Part shown: positions 27,408 through 41,279 of the stretch, one piece after another
How the letters are laid out: every line of letters begins with the position of its first letter
How positions within the stretch are numbered: position 1 is the stretch's first letter
NCBI RefSeq assembly: GCF_001194135.2
Contig: NC_068981.1
Location: forward strand, 152,387,151 to 152,444,811
Reading direction: 5' to 3'
Length of the DNA stretch: 57,661 bases
Origin: Octopus bimaculoides
Lineage: Eukaryota
Notes under the pieces: model-generated
Told to the model about the DNA's origin: nothing
The model's input: the letters and a program-made list of their open reading frames with translations, nothing else
Databases searched by the model: none
Position numbers and translations under genes: made by a program

Positions 27408-28856
27408 NNNNNNNNNNNNNNNNNNNNNNNNNNNNNNNNNNNNNNNNNNNNNNNNNNNNNNNNNNNNNNNNNNNNNNNNNNNNNNNNNNNNNNNNNNNNN
27501 NNNNNNNNNNNNNNNNNNNNNNNNNNNNNNNNNNNNNNNNNNNNNNNNNNNNNNNNNNNNNNNNNNNNNNNNNNNNNNNNNNNNNNNNNNNNNNNNNNNN
27601 NNNNNNNNNNNNNNNNNNNNNNNNNNNNNNNNNNNNNNNNNNNNNNNNNNNNNNNNNNNNNNNNNNNNNNNNNNNNNNNNNNNNNNNNNNNNNNNNNNNN
27701 NNNNNNNNNNNNNNNNNNNNNNNNNNNNNNNNNNNNNNNNNNNNNNNNNNNNNNNNNNNNNNNNNNNNNNNNNNNNNNNNNNNNNNNNNNNNNNNNNNNN
27801 NNNNNNNNNNNNNNNNNNNNNNNNNNNNNNNNNNNNNNNNNNNNNNNNNNNNNNNNNNNNNNNNNNNNNNNNNNNNNNNNNNNNNNNNNNNNNNNNNNNN
27901 NNNNNNNNNNNNNNNNNNNNNNNNNNNNNNNNNNNNNNNNNNNNNNNNNNNNNNNNNNNNNNNNNNNNNNNNNNNNNNNNNNNNNNNNNNNNNNNNNNNN
28001 NNNNNNNNTATGTATGTATGTATGTATGTATGTATGTATGCATGTATGTATACACACACACATAAAGTAGACTTCCCTACAGTTTCCATCTATCAACTTC
28101 ATTTTCAGGACACAATAGTCAGCTTCTGTCTATAGTAGAAGTTACTTTTCCAACTACTGAAATGGAACACAATGTTACATGGTTACAAAGCAATCTTCAT
28201 ATCCACACAATCTTACCTGCATCTGTGTGTGCATGTATGTGTATGTGTATGTGTTCATGGGTATACTCATAAGTATTTGTACATAAGTTTGTATGTATGT
28301 CTTGTTTAAAGCATGTTAGTTGGAATTCTATTTGTGTAAATGTTACCAAATAGTTTGTCAAACTATGACACATCAAAGATGCTAGGTAATGTCCACATTG
28401 AATTGGATTATCTGACTCAGAATTAGTGGCAACATCATTCTTAGATGCTTGAAATGCAGACATTATTTAATAAAATGTCTTCATAATGATGCATTGAATT
28501 TAATCAAAGCAGGTAATGGTGGCACTGGTTCTGTACTTTAATCATACAAATTTCTTGTGCAATGCAATTAATTCATTTAGCTTTGTAAAGCTCTTAAAAT
28601 GTCAAAGTACCTGGATTCTTTTTTAACATATAATTTACTTATGCTTTGTTTTGCTATTGTCATGATATTTGTCTAAATTACAGGAATATAGCAAAAAAAT
28701 ATCTTTAAAAATTTTGCATTCTAATTTTAAAACATCAAAGAATATTTTATATTAGATTTAATAATTTTATCTCCAAATTTGTGACACAATGAAGTTTCAC
28801 AAATTTGGAGGCAGAACTATTAAATTTGATATTAAATATTATTTGATGTTTTAAAA

Positions 28857-29162
28857 CAGATGTTCTCAAATTCTTGGGGCCACCCACCTCATGGCGACAT
28901 AATACCCCTGGTTTTATGTATAAATAAATATTTTTTATTTTACTAATTTATATATACTATGAATCATTTGATATCTAATATATTATATAATTTGAATACA
29001 ATGATATAATAATATAAATTCATAGTGTCCCCCAATCCACTGCCTTCCTCCTTTTTCTCTACTGCTGCCCCTCACCTTGACCACCCCCTTGGGCACCAGT
29101 GCCTACTGGGGACCATCTTAATGCTCATTGGAGGGCAGTAGCACCCACTTTGAGAATCTATG
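28857..29162. mobile_element. hAT (Charlie-like) MITE
   Basis: Imperfect TIRs CAGATGTTCTCAAA / TTTGAGAATCTATG; perfect 8-bp TSD TTTTAAAA. Confidence 0.75.
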
Positions 29163-30514
29163 TTTTAAAAGATAGAATTTCAAGAGGAAGAGGATGGTGA
29201 AATGTAACAATTTATTTAATTATTTATTTATATTGCTCAACATTAAAATATAGATAAATACTCCAAAAATGTTTTTAATAAAAACAATAACAGCCCAAAA
29301 TTTTATGTTAATACTGCATTATGATTTATAATTAAATACTTCTAACATTATATTTTGATTTAGGATGTCTTCATTTTAATGAAGAAAAAAATTATGCATG
29401 TAATTGGGTTTTTTTTTTGTTTTGTTTTGTTTTAATTATTTTTATTTTAATAATATTCACTAAAATAAATGTTATTACAGATTAAAAAAGAAGTTAGGCA
29501 AAGTAAGTAGCATCTTCCTGTTAACTGCCTTTTACCATTCTAGGTAATTGGAACAGTATACACTGACTGCTGAGCAGGCGAGGTGGATTACATGAAACTG
29601 ACAACTGCTACAAGCTATTTAACAACTTCAAGGAAGATAGTTTTTAAGTAGGAGAGTAAAAAACACAGGACATTATACAATATAATCAGTAAAATATCAT
29701 TTGATTGACAGATACTGTTTAAATTTTGCTTCTTACTTTCTATTTTGATAAGTCACTAATAATATGTTTCAAGTTTACATAATTATAAAATTTTAAAAAC
29801 AATTAATTTTTTTCTTTTGCTCAAGAGAGGAAAAACAATTAATTGAAAATTACATGTTGAATATAATTGTTCTTCACTTGTCAGAAAAATGATCATATTT
29901 ATTTAAGTTTATTTTTATGTGAGTCTGATAAAAGTGAGCAAGCCAAAGCTTTGAAGTCACTGTCAACTTTTCCTTATTAAAAAAAAAAACATATATATAA
30001 TTCTTATCTTAATGCTTTTCATTATATATTGAATAAAAATAAATTGCTACAAATATTTTCAAAACTGTCATGGAAATTATTTTAGACTTTTTTACGAATT
30101 GATTCTCGCCGAACTTTTTTTTTTTTTGCTTTTTTATTTTTATTTATTTTTTTTTTTAATATGTGATACTGCATATAGAAAAGACTCCTACTTCTGCAAT
30201 ATCTCAAAGGAAAACTTCTACTTTTTGTACAAGAATGCAAGGTGTTTTATTTTAATTGTTTCAATGATGTATACTACTTTGTTTTTTGTTTTATTTTTAT
30301 GGTGGCTAGGTAAATATACGTACATACATACATACGTACATACATATGCATATAAATATATATATGTGTATGTANNNNNNNNNNNNNNNNNNNNNNNNNN
30401 NNNNNNNNNNNNNNNNNNNNNNNNNNNNNNNNNNNNNNNNNNNNNNNNNNNNNNNNNNNNNNNNNNNNNNNNNNNNNNNNNNNNNNNNNNNNNNNNNNNN
30501 NNNNNNNNNNNNNN

Positions 30515-30555
<41 letters not shown>

Positions 30556-30903
30556 CACACACACACACACATATATACATATAACATTCAATATTGCATT
30601 ATTGAATAATAATAATAATAAGCAATTTCTATAAGAGCTTGATTTTTAATACGTAATAATGATAATTTGAAATTTCATAGGTTATTCAGTTCTCATAAGC
30701 CTATTACATAATATTTGTTTTACTTTTTATTTGCAATTTTTGATCAAATTTTTTCAGACAACTATAGACACAGGCATAATTGTGTAGTTAAAAAGTTCAC
30801 TTGACAGCCATTTGCAAATACAATTTGGTAGAGAGAAACTGCATGAAGCCCACATGTGTGTATGTATGTCTATGTGTATCTAAGTGTATATGTATCTTTA
30901 TCC

Positions 30904-30985
<82 letters not shown>

Positions 30986-31616
30986 CAGTTCAACAAATGG
31001 AGATTGAAATAATAGCTGATAGGTTTGACCAAACCCTAAAGGTGATGTCCAGGCATGGGCATAGTCCAATAAGTCAAGCTGGTAAAAAAATATATAAGTT
31101 TTAACCACTTCTTGAAAGATAAAATATCTTTACTATTTACATCTGCACAACATTTTGGTAAGCTTGATCTTCAATCGATATGTACTTAAATTTACAAATT
31201 CAAATCAGTCTAGTACTATGTACATATCAAAGAATAAAACATTCAGGACAATAGGAGATCAAACCAAATAATTTTAAAAGTTTCCTCTCTAAAGATAATT
31301 ATGTATTAAACATTTTTTAGATTATATTTCTCAGACTTTTAGATATGTAAATAGCAATTAATTTCTTCTATAACTATGAACCTACAAGAACTATTATATT
31401 TGTTACATAAAATAAAGTTTATTGTTATATGTAGAAAATCTAGCCTGAAGTTGCATATTAATTCTTAATATTTTTTTATTAGAATAACTCAATAATAAAT
31501 AATTAATTTACTCTTATATTTAATGTATAATAACAAATAAAAGCTATAATAAATGAAAACTAATAAATAAAAATTATAGAAAAAAATGAAGTTTTTATAT
31601 TATTAAATGTTCTCAT

Positions 31617-33064
31617 AAAACTTGTATTAAAAATAGTATGCTCAATTATAATATGATTTTTGTTGATAAATAAGTAGACATATTACAATAAGAAATTCTT
31701 ATTATAATTGAAGAATAAAAATCAATTACACACACTATTTTTAACAAAAACAAAAGTGCATTCTATTCAATTCAAAAAGAATTTAAATTCATTTTATATT
31801 TATATAACTACCTAAAATAAATTTAATCTCCAAGTTCCACTTGCATATTTACAAAAGTCTAAATTAATTCTTCTACTATGATGCAAAAGCTGTATATGTA
31901 GAAGAGATGTTAACCTACCGTAAGTGGAGAGATTCAGACTGCCATGAAGGGGCTCACAGATGAGAAAGCCTCACTTACTTTCACTGCTGATTCTTGTTAC
32001 ACAGAGTAGGGTGAAACCATTTCAAGCAATGGGTGCCAGCTGATTTTCAACTGACCCAAGATATTTTCATATAATAGTAGCACCTGGGTATGATAACTTG
32101 AAACCATTTAGCCTCCTCCTTAAGGTCAAAGGTTAGCCAGTAAAAACATACTTCGAGGTAGATGACAAGTAGCTCTATATACAGGCATCCAAAATAGATC
32201 TGTAAGTTGTAAGCAGCAACAGTTGCTAACTGATATTACACAACAGTAGCTTCTTTTGAAGAAGCTACCAGCAACTTCCAGAGCAGAAAATAAATAATTC
32301 TAATATTCATAATAATATGAAGATGCTATACCATGTATATAATTCTAACATTCTTCTCACTGTGTTTAGATTAACTATAAATTAACCACATAATATTCTT
32401 TTTAAAGAATATTAATCGTTACCTAAAAGTTATTAAGTTTCTATAGTCTGTAAACAACTACAGAACCAAGCATTGTAGATTTAAGTTTGTTTTTTTTTGT
32501 TTTTGTTTTTTTTTACTATAGAAACATTTTCATGCTTATATATGTAGCTAGATTCATTCTTAATATGTATCTAGGATCATTTTTAAACAATTTCCATAAG
32601 CAATATAAAATGAACTAATTAGTTTTGGAGAACTGAAGTTAAGTCTTACTTTATTACAAATAACAAAAAAAGCTGTTTGGGTTTAATAACCAATAATTAT
32701 TAAAGAACAAATTCTTTAAAACCTACCAAATTTAAAAGTACTTAGGAAGTTATCAGATGGTGAATCAAAATCTTAATTTTCTTTTGATAATAGAAAACAG
32801 TATATTTATATACTATCGCACCTTTGTGTGTGTTTGGACTTATTTTCCCTTTTTTATACCTGTTGACAGCTTGTATTAAAACTTGTATTAAAAATAGTAT
32901 GTTTAATTACAATTTAATTTTTGTTGATAAATAAGTAGACATAGACATATTACAATAAGAATTTCTTATAATTGAGGAATAAAAATCAATTATACACACT
33001 ATCTCTAACAAAAACAAAAGTGCATTCTAATCAATCTAAAAAGAATTTAAATTCATTTTATATT
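31617..33064. repeat. Pair of about 185-bp diverged direct repeats (31617-31800 and 32878-33064)
   Basis: aaaacttgtattaaaaatagtatg...gataaataagtagacata...aaaagtgcattcta...gaatttaaattcattttatatt occurs twice. Confidence 0.85.
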
Positions 33065-34659
33065 AAAAAAAAACATGTAGATCACATAAACTGTGCTAGT
33101 TCTACATAAATAGCTTCATCTGCTACATATGGGTGCATAATATTTACCTTTATGCTGTGTGAAGGATTATTTCATGAGCCGGCATTGCAATTGCATACTC
33201 TTCAAAATTAGAATCAATATAAGGGCTGCTTACATGATTAACTTCTCTTAATATTACTTAACACAAAAACCAATAATGTTTATGCTAATCAAATTGCTTA
33301 GTACACCTTTCTTTTCAGCTATTTGTTCAAAAATAGGTTCTGACAGGCAATGTATATCTGCATCAAAGATTCTGTCCTGCATCTTTTATAAAAGTATTTT
33401 TTATCATTTGCCAGCAGAGGAAACAACTGCCTGCACTTTTTTCATTCTTTTTGTTATTCTAACTACTATATTTTTAATACACCCACCCCTTACTAATTAT
33501 GTCACTTGGGTAGCAGAATCTACTTACTATTTCTTGTAAGTTTTATCATCAGCCTATAGGTTTTACTTTTTCTTTTGCCCCATACATTCAGGTGTGCCCC
33601 ACATATATAGTGCATCTAGAGTCCTGTTTTGCTGTCAGCCATCTATTTCTTAATGCACTTTTGTCTATTTCTGAGTAAACTATTTAGTTCATACCAACTC
33701 CCTTCCAACATATTTGAGGAAAACACTTCCCAGGTGGGTCTAAGATTGTGTGCTCCCTGTTGGAGACCATTACTTCGACACTTGCTTGCCTTTCTGGCTT
33801 CAGAGGTAAATGCTTTTTAATGATTATTTTATGCTTCTCAGGTTATATTCTTATGTCTTAAGTTTGCCATTACAAAACACCTTTAACATTTTTTTTTTAC
33901 CTCATCTCAAGTTACATACTAATTTTATGAGACAACCACAGAAAACATGAAACATGTAGAGTAAGTGTTGTAGCACTTTGTGATTTTTGCTGAAAATATA
34001 TCCCTTACAGATATCATCACCATCGCTATCATCCCATCCTGTAACTAATATCAGCATTTATGACTATAACTAGGAACATCCATTTTTTAACATTCTAGCA
34101 TGGACTGAACAGTTCTGCATATATGAATCTGCCAATCCTCTTGATCCTGCCTACATTTACTACATTCAGTGATTATGTTACATTAACATGAAGCAATATA
34201 CTAATAGATGCTTCCATCGACCCAGATAAACATTTTGTTGTTGCTTAATCATAGTTTAGTCTTGATCAAGTAGAGCTATGATCAAAGGCATTCAGTTATT
34301 TCCATCTTATCTTTTTATTGCCGTATTGTAACTAGGACTACATTATCCACTGAGGCATTCCTTTTTTGAGGTGGTAGAGTATGATCTGAAACAGATTTTG
34401 CTGCAACTTCTAGCAATTTAAACAAATACATTGAGCAGTCATGGGCAAATTGTGGGCTACAATTCACATGTGGCCCATGTGACTTTCTGAATGGCATGCC
34501 TAACAAAAAATGACCTTGAATTATTTTAGTAGTGTGGCCCACTTGACGATGAGCCATGTCTCACGTTGCCTGCTTCTTGAAAACAGTAGCCCAGGCCCAA
34601 CAGTGATGATATCTGTAAGGCATTTAATTGTCAACAGGCATAAGAGCTCTTTGAACTTC

Positions 34660-35035
34660 TTTTATTCCTTTGACACAGCACCAAACATGAGTGTTTGGAT
34701 GTCAATTTGAGGACAGTGCAGAGGATTTAGAAAGAGGTTGATGAGTCTGATGGTGATTATGAAGGTACGACAGCTTGGAAAACTCACTCTGATCATTCTG
34801 ATAAGAAAAGAACTCCTGAATTTGTTGGTGTGATCCAGGCCATGATTGACGATAATATCTCCAAATCAATCAGGTCCATCCCCAGGGACATGGGAGTGTC
34901 TGAGTTACTTATCAGGCAGGTAGTGCATGAAGACATTTGATATTCCTCATACAATATGAGAAAGGGCCAATTTTTATCCCAAGCCATCAAGAGGAAAGAC
35001 TGTGCTATGAAGCTTTTGAACAATCTCAAGCATTG
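34660..35035 (+). mobile_element. Tc1/mariner (probably maT/DD37D-like) transposase N-terminal remnant
   Basis: RTVQRI*KEVDESDGDYEG...KRTPEFVGVIQAMIDDNISKSIRSIPRDMGVSELLIRQVVHEDI*YSSYNMRKGQFLSQ is an HTH-type region; cut by the RTE element. Confidence 0.65.
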
Positions 35036-35950
35036 AGTCATTGCCTCAGTGAGGCCTAATGTTCAAAGGTTGTACTTCACCACCTCATTCCAAATCTTCC
35101 TGGGTCTACCTCTTCCACGGGTTCCCTCAACTGCTAGGGTGTGGCACTTTTTCACACAGCTATCCTCATCCATTCTTGTCACATGACCATACCAGTGCAA
35201 TCATCTCTCTTGCACACCACAACTGATGCTTCTTAGGTCCAACTTTTCTCTCAAGGTACTTACACTCTGTCAAGTATGCACACTGACATTACACATCCAT
35301 CGGAGCATCTTGGCTTCAGTTCTTGCGAGCTTACGCATGTCCTCAGCAGTCACGGCCCATGTTTCACTGCCATGTAGCATGGTTGTTCATACACATGCAT
35401 CATACAGTCTGCTTTTTATGCTGAGTGAGAGGTCTTTTGTCACCAGCAAAGGTAAGAGCTCTCTGAACTTTGCCCAGGCTATTCTTATTCTAGCAGCTAC
35501 ACTTTCAGTGCACCCTCCTCCGCTACTGACTTGGTCACCTAGGTAACAGCAGCTATCAACTACTTCTAGTTTTTCTCCCTGGAATGTGGTAACGGTTGTT
35601 TCCTGCACATTTTCAGTGTTTATTGCTACTGAGCATCTGCCACATACAAAAACTATCTTACTAGTTAGCCTTCTTTTGATATTGCTGCACCTCTTATGTG
35701 TTCATAACTTACACTGGAAACATCTTACAGAGTTTCTACCTACGCCTTTTCTACAGATTGAACAGGGCCAACTACCTGAAGAGGTTTGTGTTTTGTCTAT
35801 CTTCCTACTTATTAGGACTTTGGTTTTAGCTAGGTTGACTCTAAGGCCCTTCGATTCTAGTCCTTGCTTCCACACCTGAAACTTCTCCTCTAGCTCTCAT
35901 AGTGACTCAGCAATTAGCACAAGGTCATCAGCATAGAGGAGCTCCCCGGG
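35036..35950 (-). mobile_element. 5'-truncated RTE-clade LINE (RT C-half with Cys-rich insert)
   Basis: ELLYADDL, LESKGLRVNLAKTK, WPCSICRKGVG, YLGDQVSSGGGCTESVAARIRIAWAKFRELLPLL, WYGHVTRM, GRGRPRK. Confidence 0.9.
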
Positions 35951-35984
35951 GCATTATATACATGTGTGTATGTGTGTGTGTTGT

Positions 35985-36061
35985 GTACTATAGCCTCAGG
36001 ATGACCAAAGCCTTGTGAGTGGATTTCGTACATGGAAACTGAAAGAAAACTGTCGTATATA

Positions 36062-36118
<57 letters not shown>

Positions 36119-36305
36119 TTGTACCCCCATCATTGCTTGACAACTGATGTTGTTTTGTTTATGTCCCTGTAACTTAGCGGTTCAGCAAAAATACACCGAT
36201 AGAATAAGTACAAGGCTTACAAAGAAAAAATTCCTGGAATCGATTTGTTCGACTAAAGGTGGTGCTCCAACATGGCCGCAGTCACATGACTAAAACAAGT
36301 TAAAC
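35985..36305 (+). mobile_element. 5'-truncated SINE family A
   Basis: tactatagcctcaggatgaccaaagccttgtgagtggattt...ggtggtgctccaacatggccgcagtc...aaacaagt. Confidence 0.8.
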
Positions 36306-36852
36306 AATAAAAAAAAGTATGCTATTTTAATCCCGAGCAATGCCAGGTATCTCTGNNNNNNNNNNNNNNNNNNNNNNNNNNNNNNNNNNNNNNNNNNNNN
36401 NNNNNNNNNNNNNNNNNNNNNNNNNNNNNNNNNNNNNNNNNNNNNNNNNNNNNNNNNNNNNNNNNNNNNNNNNNNNNNNNNNNNNNNNNNNNNNNNNNNN
36501 NNNNNNNNNNNNNNNNNNNNNNNNNNNNNNNNNNNNNNNNNNNNNNNNNNNNNNNNNNNNNNNNNNNNNNNNNNNNNNNNNNNNNNNNNNNNNNNNNNNN
36601 NNNNNNNNNNNNNNNNNNNNNNNNNNNNNNNNNNNNNNNNNNNNNNNNNNNNNNNNNNAGTGAAGTATTGGCTAAGATACGTTTTCGAAATTGCAAATGT
36701 CAATTATGTTGGTGAAATTTTAACTTTTTTATATTTAGTTTTTATTTTATTCTATTTTTACTCGCAAAAGTTTATAACTTTTTAATCATACAATAAATTG
36801 GCTTATTATCATTGCACATGAAAAATGTCTATAATATTATCCTTTTGATGCA

Positions 36853-37075
36853 ACAGGCGGCAAGGTGACAGAATCGTTAACATACCAGAAAAAACTGCTT
36901 AGCGGCATTTCATCCATCTTAACGTTCTGAGAACAAATTCTGCCTAAATCTCCTTTGCTTTACATTCTTTTGGAATTTATAAAATAAGTACCAATCAATT
37001 ACTGGAGACGATGTAGTCAACTTCCCCTCTCCTCAAATATAGCTGGCTCTGTGCCAAAATTTGGCACCATTATCC
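36853..37075 (+). mobile_element. SINE family B
   Basis: aggcggcaaggtgacagaatcgttaac...gcttagcggcatttc...acgttctgagaacaaattc...taaaataagtacc. Confidence 0.7.
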
Positions 37076-37372
37076 TTTGATATTTGATTAATATTATCAT
37101 TTTGACAGATATAATTCATTATCATCATGAAATTGGAAGGCATGTTCAAAAAAAATTCCTCGAAAGTATTATTATTGAATACATTCGAATTGTATAGTAG
37201 TACTCAAAACAAACAAGAAAATGTTTTCATCATGCCTTCCAGTTTCATGCCAATAACGAATAATGTAACCAAGAGAATAATTTACGATAGAAAAAATATG
37301 GACTTCTTTTCCGAGTAAGTAAAATAATTCCTACCTCTTTTTTCTTTCTTTTCTTTCAAAAGAAATCTTATC

Positions 37373-37783
37373 AGGCGCAGGAGTGGCTGTGTGGTAAGTA
37401 GGTTGCTTACCAACCACATTGTTCCGGGTTCAGTCCCACTGCGTGGCACCTTGGGCAAGTGTCTTCTACTATAGCCTCGGGCCAACCAAAGCCTTGTGAG
37501 TGGATTTGGTAGACGGAAACTGAAAGAAGCTTGTCGTATATATGTATATATATATGTGTGTGTGTGTGTTTGTGTGTCTGTGTTTGTCCCCCTAGCATTG
37601 CTTGACACCGATGCTGGTGTGTTTATGTCTCCGTCACTTAGCGGTTCGGCAAAAGAGACTAATAGAATAAGCACTCGGCTTACAAAGAATAAGTCCCGGG
37701 GTCGATTTGCTCGACTAAAGGTGGTGCTCCAGCATGGCCGCAGTCAAATGACTGAAACAAGTAAAAGAATAAAAGAATAAAAG
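37373..37783 (+). mobile_element. Young full-length SINE family A
   Basis: tRNA-like head (tggctgtgtgg A box, gggttcagtccc B box), CORE-like ccttgggcaagt, internal (TA)/(GT)n, tail (aaaagaat)n. Confidence 0.9.
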
Positions 37784-38026
37784 TACAATTATCATCTACA
37801 GTTTCGAACAAATATCTCTGCAAAACTTCATCTATAATATACATTAATAAGAAAGTTATAAAGAAATAAGGTTTGTGAAAACTGTAGTTATGCCTAAAAG
37901 ATAAGATAGTTGCAGCTGAAATGACTTTGGTTTTAAAGTCTGTTCAATCAAGGCTGGGATCAAAACAACTAAAAACAACTAAAAACATCAGAAGAAAATA
38001 TTAGTAAAACGAAAAATAATTACGTT

Positions 38027-38330
38027 TTTGGGATCTAGTTCAAAACGGGGGCACCAGTTTTCATTTATGTTTTATGTAGTGTTTTTGGTACCGAAAGACT
38101 TTCAAACTTCGTATACTTATCTATTTTGTATTATAGAACAGAAAAAAAATTTTGTGTTCGAAGTTATTTCATGTAAAAAAATTGTCTTATTTCGATAATT
38201 TCAACCAATCACTGACAAGTATTCAGCTGTTTACAGTTACTCCTTTGGCAGTTTAAGCGGTTCCTTTGGCAGTTTAAGCGGTGTAAAGCGTATTTAATCT
38301 CCATTACTTCTGACATTTTGCAGAGAGGCA
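38027..38330. mobile_element. Partial MITE related to the Merlin-like element at 55584-56256
   Basis: Starts GGATC; atgtagtgtttttggtaccgaaa...ctttcaaacttcgtatactt...cgaagttatttca matches the reverse complement of about 56050-56230. Confidence 0.65.
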
Positions 38331-39446
38331 ACACACGTGTGTTCGTTTTCCTTCGTTTTATTTTTAATATANNNNNNNNNNNNNNNNNNNNNNNNNNNNN
38401 NNNNNNNNNNNNNNNNNNNNNNNNNNNNNNNNNNNNNNNNNNNNNNNNNNNNNNNNNNNNNNNNNNNNNNNNNNNNNNNNNNNNNNNNNNNNNNNNNNNN
38501 NNNNNNNNNNNNNNNNNNNNNNNNNNNNNNNNNNNNNNNNNNNNNNNNNNNNNNNNNNNNNNNNNNNNNNNNNNNNNNNNNNNNNNNNNNNNNNNNNNNN
38601 NNNNNNNNNNNNNNNNNNNNNNNNNNNNNNNNNNNNNNNNNNNNNNNNNNNNNNNNNNNNNNNNNNNNNNNNNNNNNNNNNNNNNNNNNNNNNNNNNNNN
38701 NNNNNNNNNNNNNNNNNNNNNNNNNNNNNNNNNNNNNNNNNNNNNNNNNNNNNNNNNNNNNNNNNNNNNNNNNNNNNNNNNNNNNNNNNNNNNNNNNNNN
38801 NNNNNNNNNNNNNNNNNNNNNNNNNNNNNNNNNNNNNNNNNNNNNNNNNNNNNNNNNNNNNNNNNNNNNNNNNNNNNNNNNNNNNNNNNNNNNNNNNNNN
38901 NNNNNNNNNNNNNNNNNNNNNNNNNNNNNNNNNNNNNNNNNNNNNNNNNNNNNNNNNNNNNNNNNNNNNNNNNNNNNNNNNNNNNNNNNNNNNNNNNNNN
39001 NNNTTATAAGTATTTTAAATAGTTATAATATGGACATTAAAATCATTTTTTAAAGTTTTTAATAATGTACTATTTGTTTTGATAAAAAAAATTAATGTAA
39101 CCGTAGTACCTCCACCAAAGCGTGCTAAGGCTTTAACTCATCACGTGATCTGTGGGAAATTGTTTCTAAGACTATAATCGATAAATTCTAAACAAAATAA
39201 CTGTAAAAGTTTATATCTCAAGTACTGATTCGAAAATTAAAATTAATTTTTTCCCTTTCACCCCTCTATTCAACTTTCATAATTAAAAATTTAATTAACT
39301 TCAAACATTTACCACGGCCTGCATTGCTTACATTCAAATCAAGGTTCTCAGTTCTTGTAGAACAGTGCAGAACTTCACTAAGCGATCTTCTTCAAAAACT
39401 ACAAATATATGTCGAAGTTTTTTTTACTAAAACGTTTAATAGACAC

Positions 39447-39775
39447 AAGCATGGTAGTGTGGTTAAGAAGTTTGCTTATAAATTACGTGGTTTCGAGTTC
39501 AATCTTATTGCACTGCACCTTGGGCAAGTGTCTTCTTTTAGAGCTTCGAAGCAACAATTTCTTTGTGAGCGAATTTGCTACACAAAACTGAGTAGAAGCC
39601 TGTCATATATATACCGAAGTGTGTGTGTGTGTGAACAAGGACTGGTTCGTTTACGTTCTCGTAACATGCGGTTCGGCAAAAAGTAACCGGATTGAATAAG
39701 TACCAGACTTAAAACTTAAGGCGGTGGTCCAACATGACATCGGTCTAATGACTGTGATAAGTAAAAAAAAAAAAC
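39447..39775 (+). mobile_element. SINE family A, degraded
   Basis: gcatggtagtgtggttaagaagtttgctt...gcaccttgggcaagtgtcttc...gcggttcggcaaaa. Confidence 0.75.
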
Positions 39776-39778
39776 AGT

Positions 39779-39820
<42 letters not shown>

Positions 39821-40092
39821 ACTTATTTAAATTCAAATCCTTCTTTCCATTCTGATACACGATTTAATATACCTATCTATTTACTTATTTAACCATGTCG
39901 AATCCAGGAATACATTAAATTTAGTTTCTCTATCACAAGGAAGCTTTTCTGTTTAGCTTTTTAATAAACCCGGCAGTGAATATGTTAACATAATTTTATT
40001 TGTTGATTGTCAGCACTGGCGAATGAAATTGAGACGAAATATATTCGGTGAAATGATGAAGATATACGCATATGTCTGTATGTATATGCATG

Positions 40093-40256
40093 TAGGGCCG
40101 ACCCTAGGGCTGCTGGCGCCCCGGGTAAGTTGAACTTCGACGTGTGCAAGTTGATGATCGTAGAAATTTCCTTGTCTTTGCTACGCCCTCCTTGGCGCTC
40201 CTAACACAGCGTTCCGGGCGATTGCCTGAGTTGCCGATATCTTGAGCCTGCCCCTC
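40093..40256. mobile_element. Short GC-rich hAT (Tip100-like) MITE
   Basis: Begins TAGGGCCGACCCTAG, ends cttgagcctgcccctc; perfect 8-bp TSD TATGCATG at 40085-40092 and 40257-40264. Confidence 0.7.
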
Positions 40257-41279
40257 TATGCATGTATGTAAAGGATTAGATATATGGAATAAAATAAGGA
40301 AATTATTTGACCAGCGCTTTCAATTATCTATTAAGAATAACGTTTAAAGGAAAGAAAATACACAGCTTATGTATTATAACGTGAAATGAGTTATCCAGGT
40401 AGAGCATCAACAAAATCTTATACTAATTAAAATTTCTCAGACAATCACAATGCAAAAATTCATCAACATTAGGCAAACGCACGCCTAACATTCTAATGAT
40501 TTTCTTCATAACTTTGGAAGATATACCCACTTTCTTGAAATCTGATGCCATCCAGAAACACCCTACTATTACTCGCGTACATTAACAATTTATTATTAAA
40601 TGTCTAACCTGTCACGAAACAAAATTAACTGAAAGCTCCCTACCGCTTAATGCTGGTAAGCAGTGAGCTATTTTCGATGCGTAAGAAAATACACTGTATA
40701 TATTATATAGTGACTTTTTGACTTTGACACAGTGATATTTCTAGTGTAAGTTTTTCATATTGTTTCATATAATCTGTTGCATGCTGTACATCATCTAAAG
40801 ACTTGCTCGCTCAGAAGAAACTATTTCAGTTGTGAACCTACGCAGTAGCTTTTTATTAACTACGAACAACCCATGGTGGTGAAATATGCAGGAGAACGAG
40901 TCGATAGACAAGGTGTGTGTGATGAGTGTTATAAGTTGTTAGGCAGTATGGTGGAAAATAATAGTGAAGATCTGTCATGCTGAAATCCAAGATCGATCTT
41001 AAGCATATTGTCACATATGCTTAAGAATTTTATAAGATGATTTAGGAATGAGCTGAAAGTGATATATGAGCCATGAAATATAAACTCTTGTTTCAAAGTA
41101 TGCTAACTGACAGCTAACAACAAAAATATGTACCGAAACCATCTAAAATATTTGTATATAAAACTTTTATTTATCTTCTAGTGTGGTTGAAAGACAGCAG
41201 AACGGTAACTCGACACATTACTGTACTTTGTTTCATTCCTTTCGGTTCGAATATAAATGCAGTTGATTTCAACTAAATA

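Noticed and set aside
28197-28463. Minus ORF MSAFQASKNDVATNSESDNPIQ... as a possible first exon
   Set aside because: The only donor-like site gives phase 0, incompatible with the phase-2 Ig acceptor, and the ORF runs into a microsatellite.
29537-29600. Short minus segment ending GAATG|gtaaaa in phase 2, compatible with the Ig exon
   Set aside because: Weak acceptor, no in-frame ATG and no recognisable peptide; too speculative without RNA data.
33148-33255. Apparent coding first exon starting ATGCCGGCT before an AAG|gtaaat donor
   Set aside because: Careful translation gives MPAHEIILHTA* with the stop before the donor; the other frames are also closed.
37373-37450. tRNA-like A and B boxes here and at 3930-4004
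   Set aside because: They are SINE heads followed by SINE bodies and tails, not tRNA genes.
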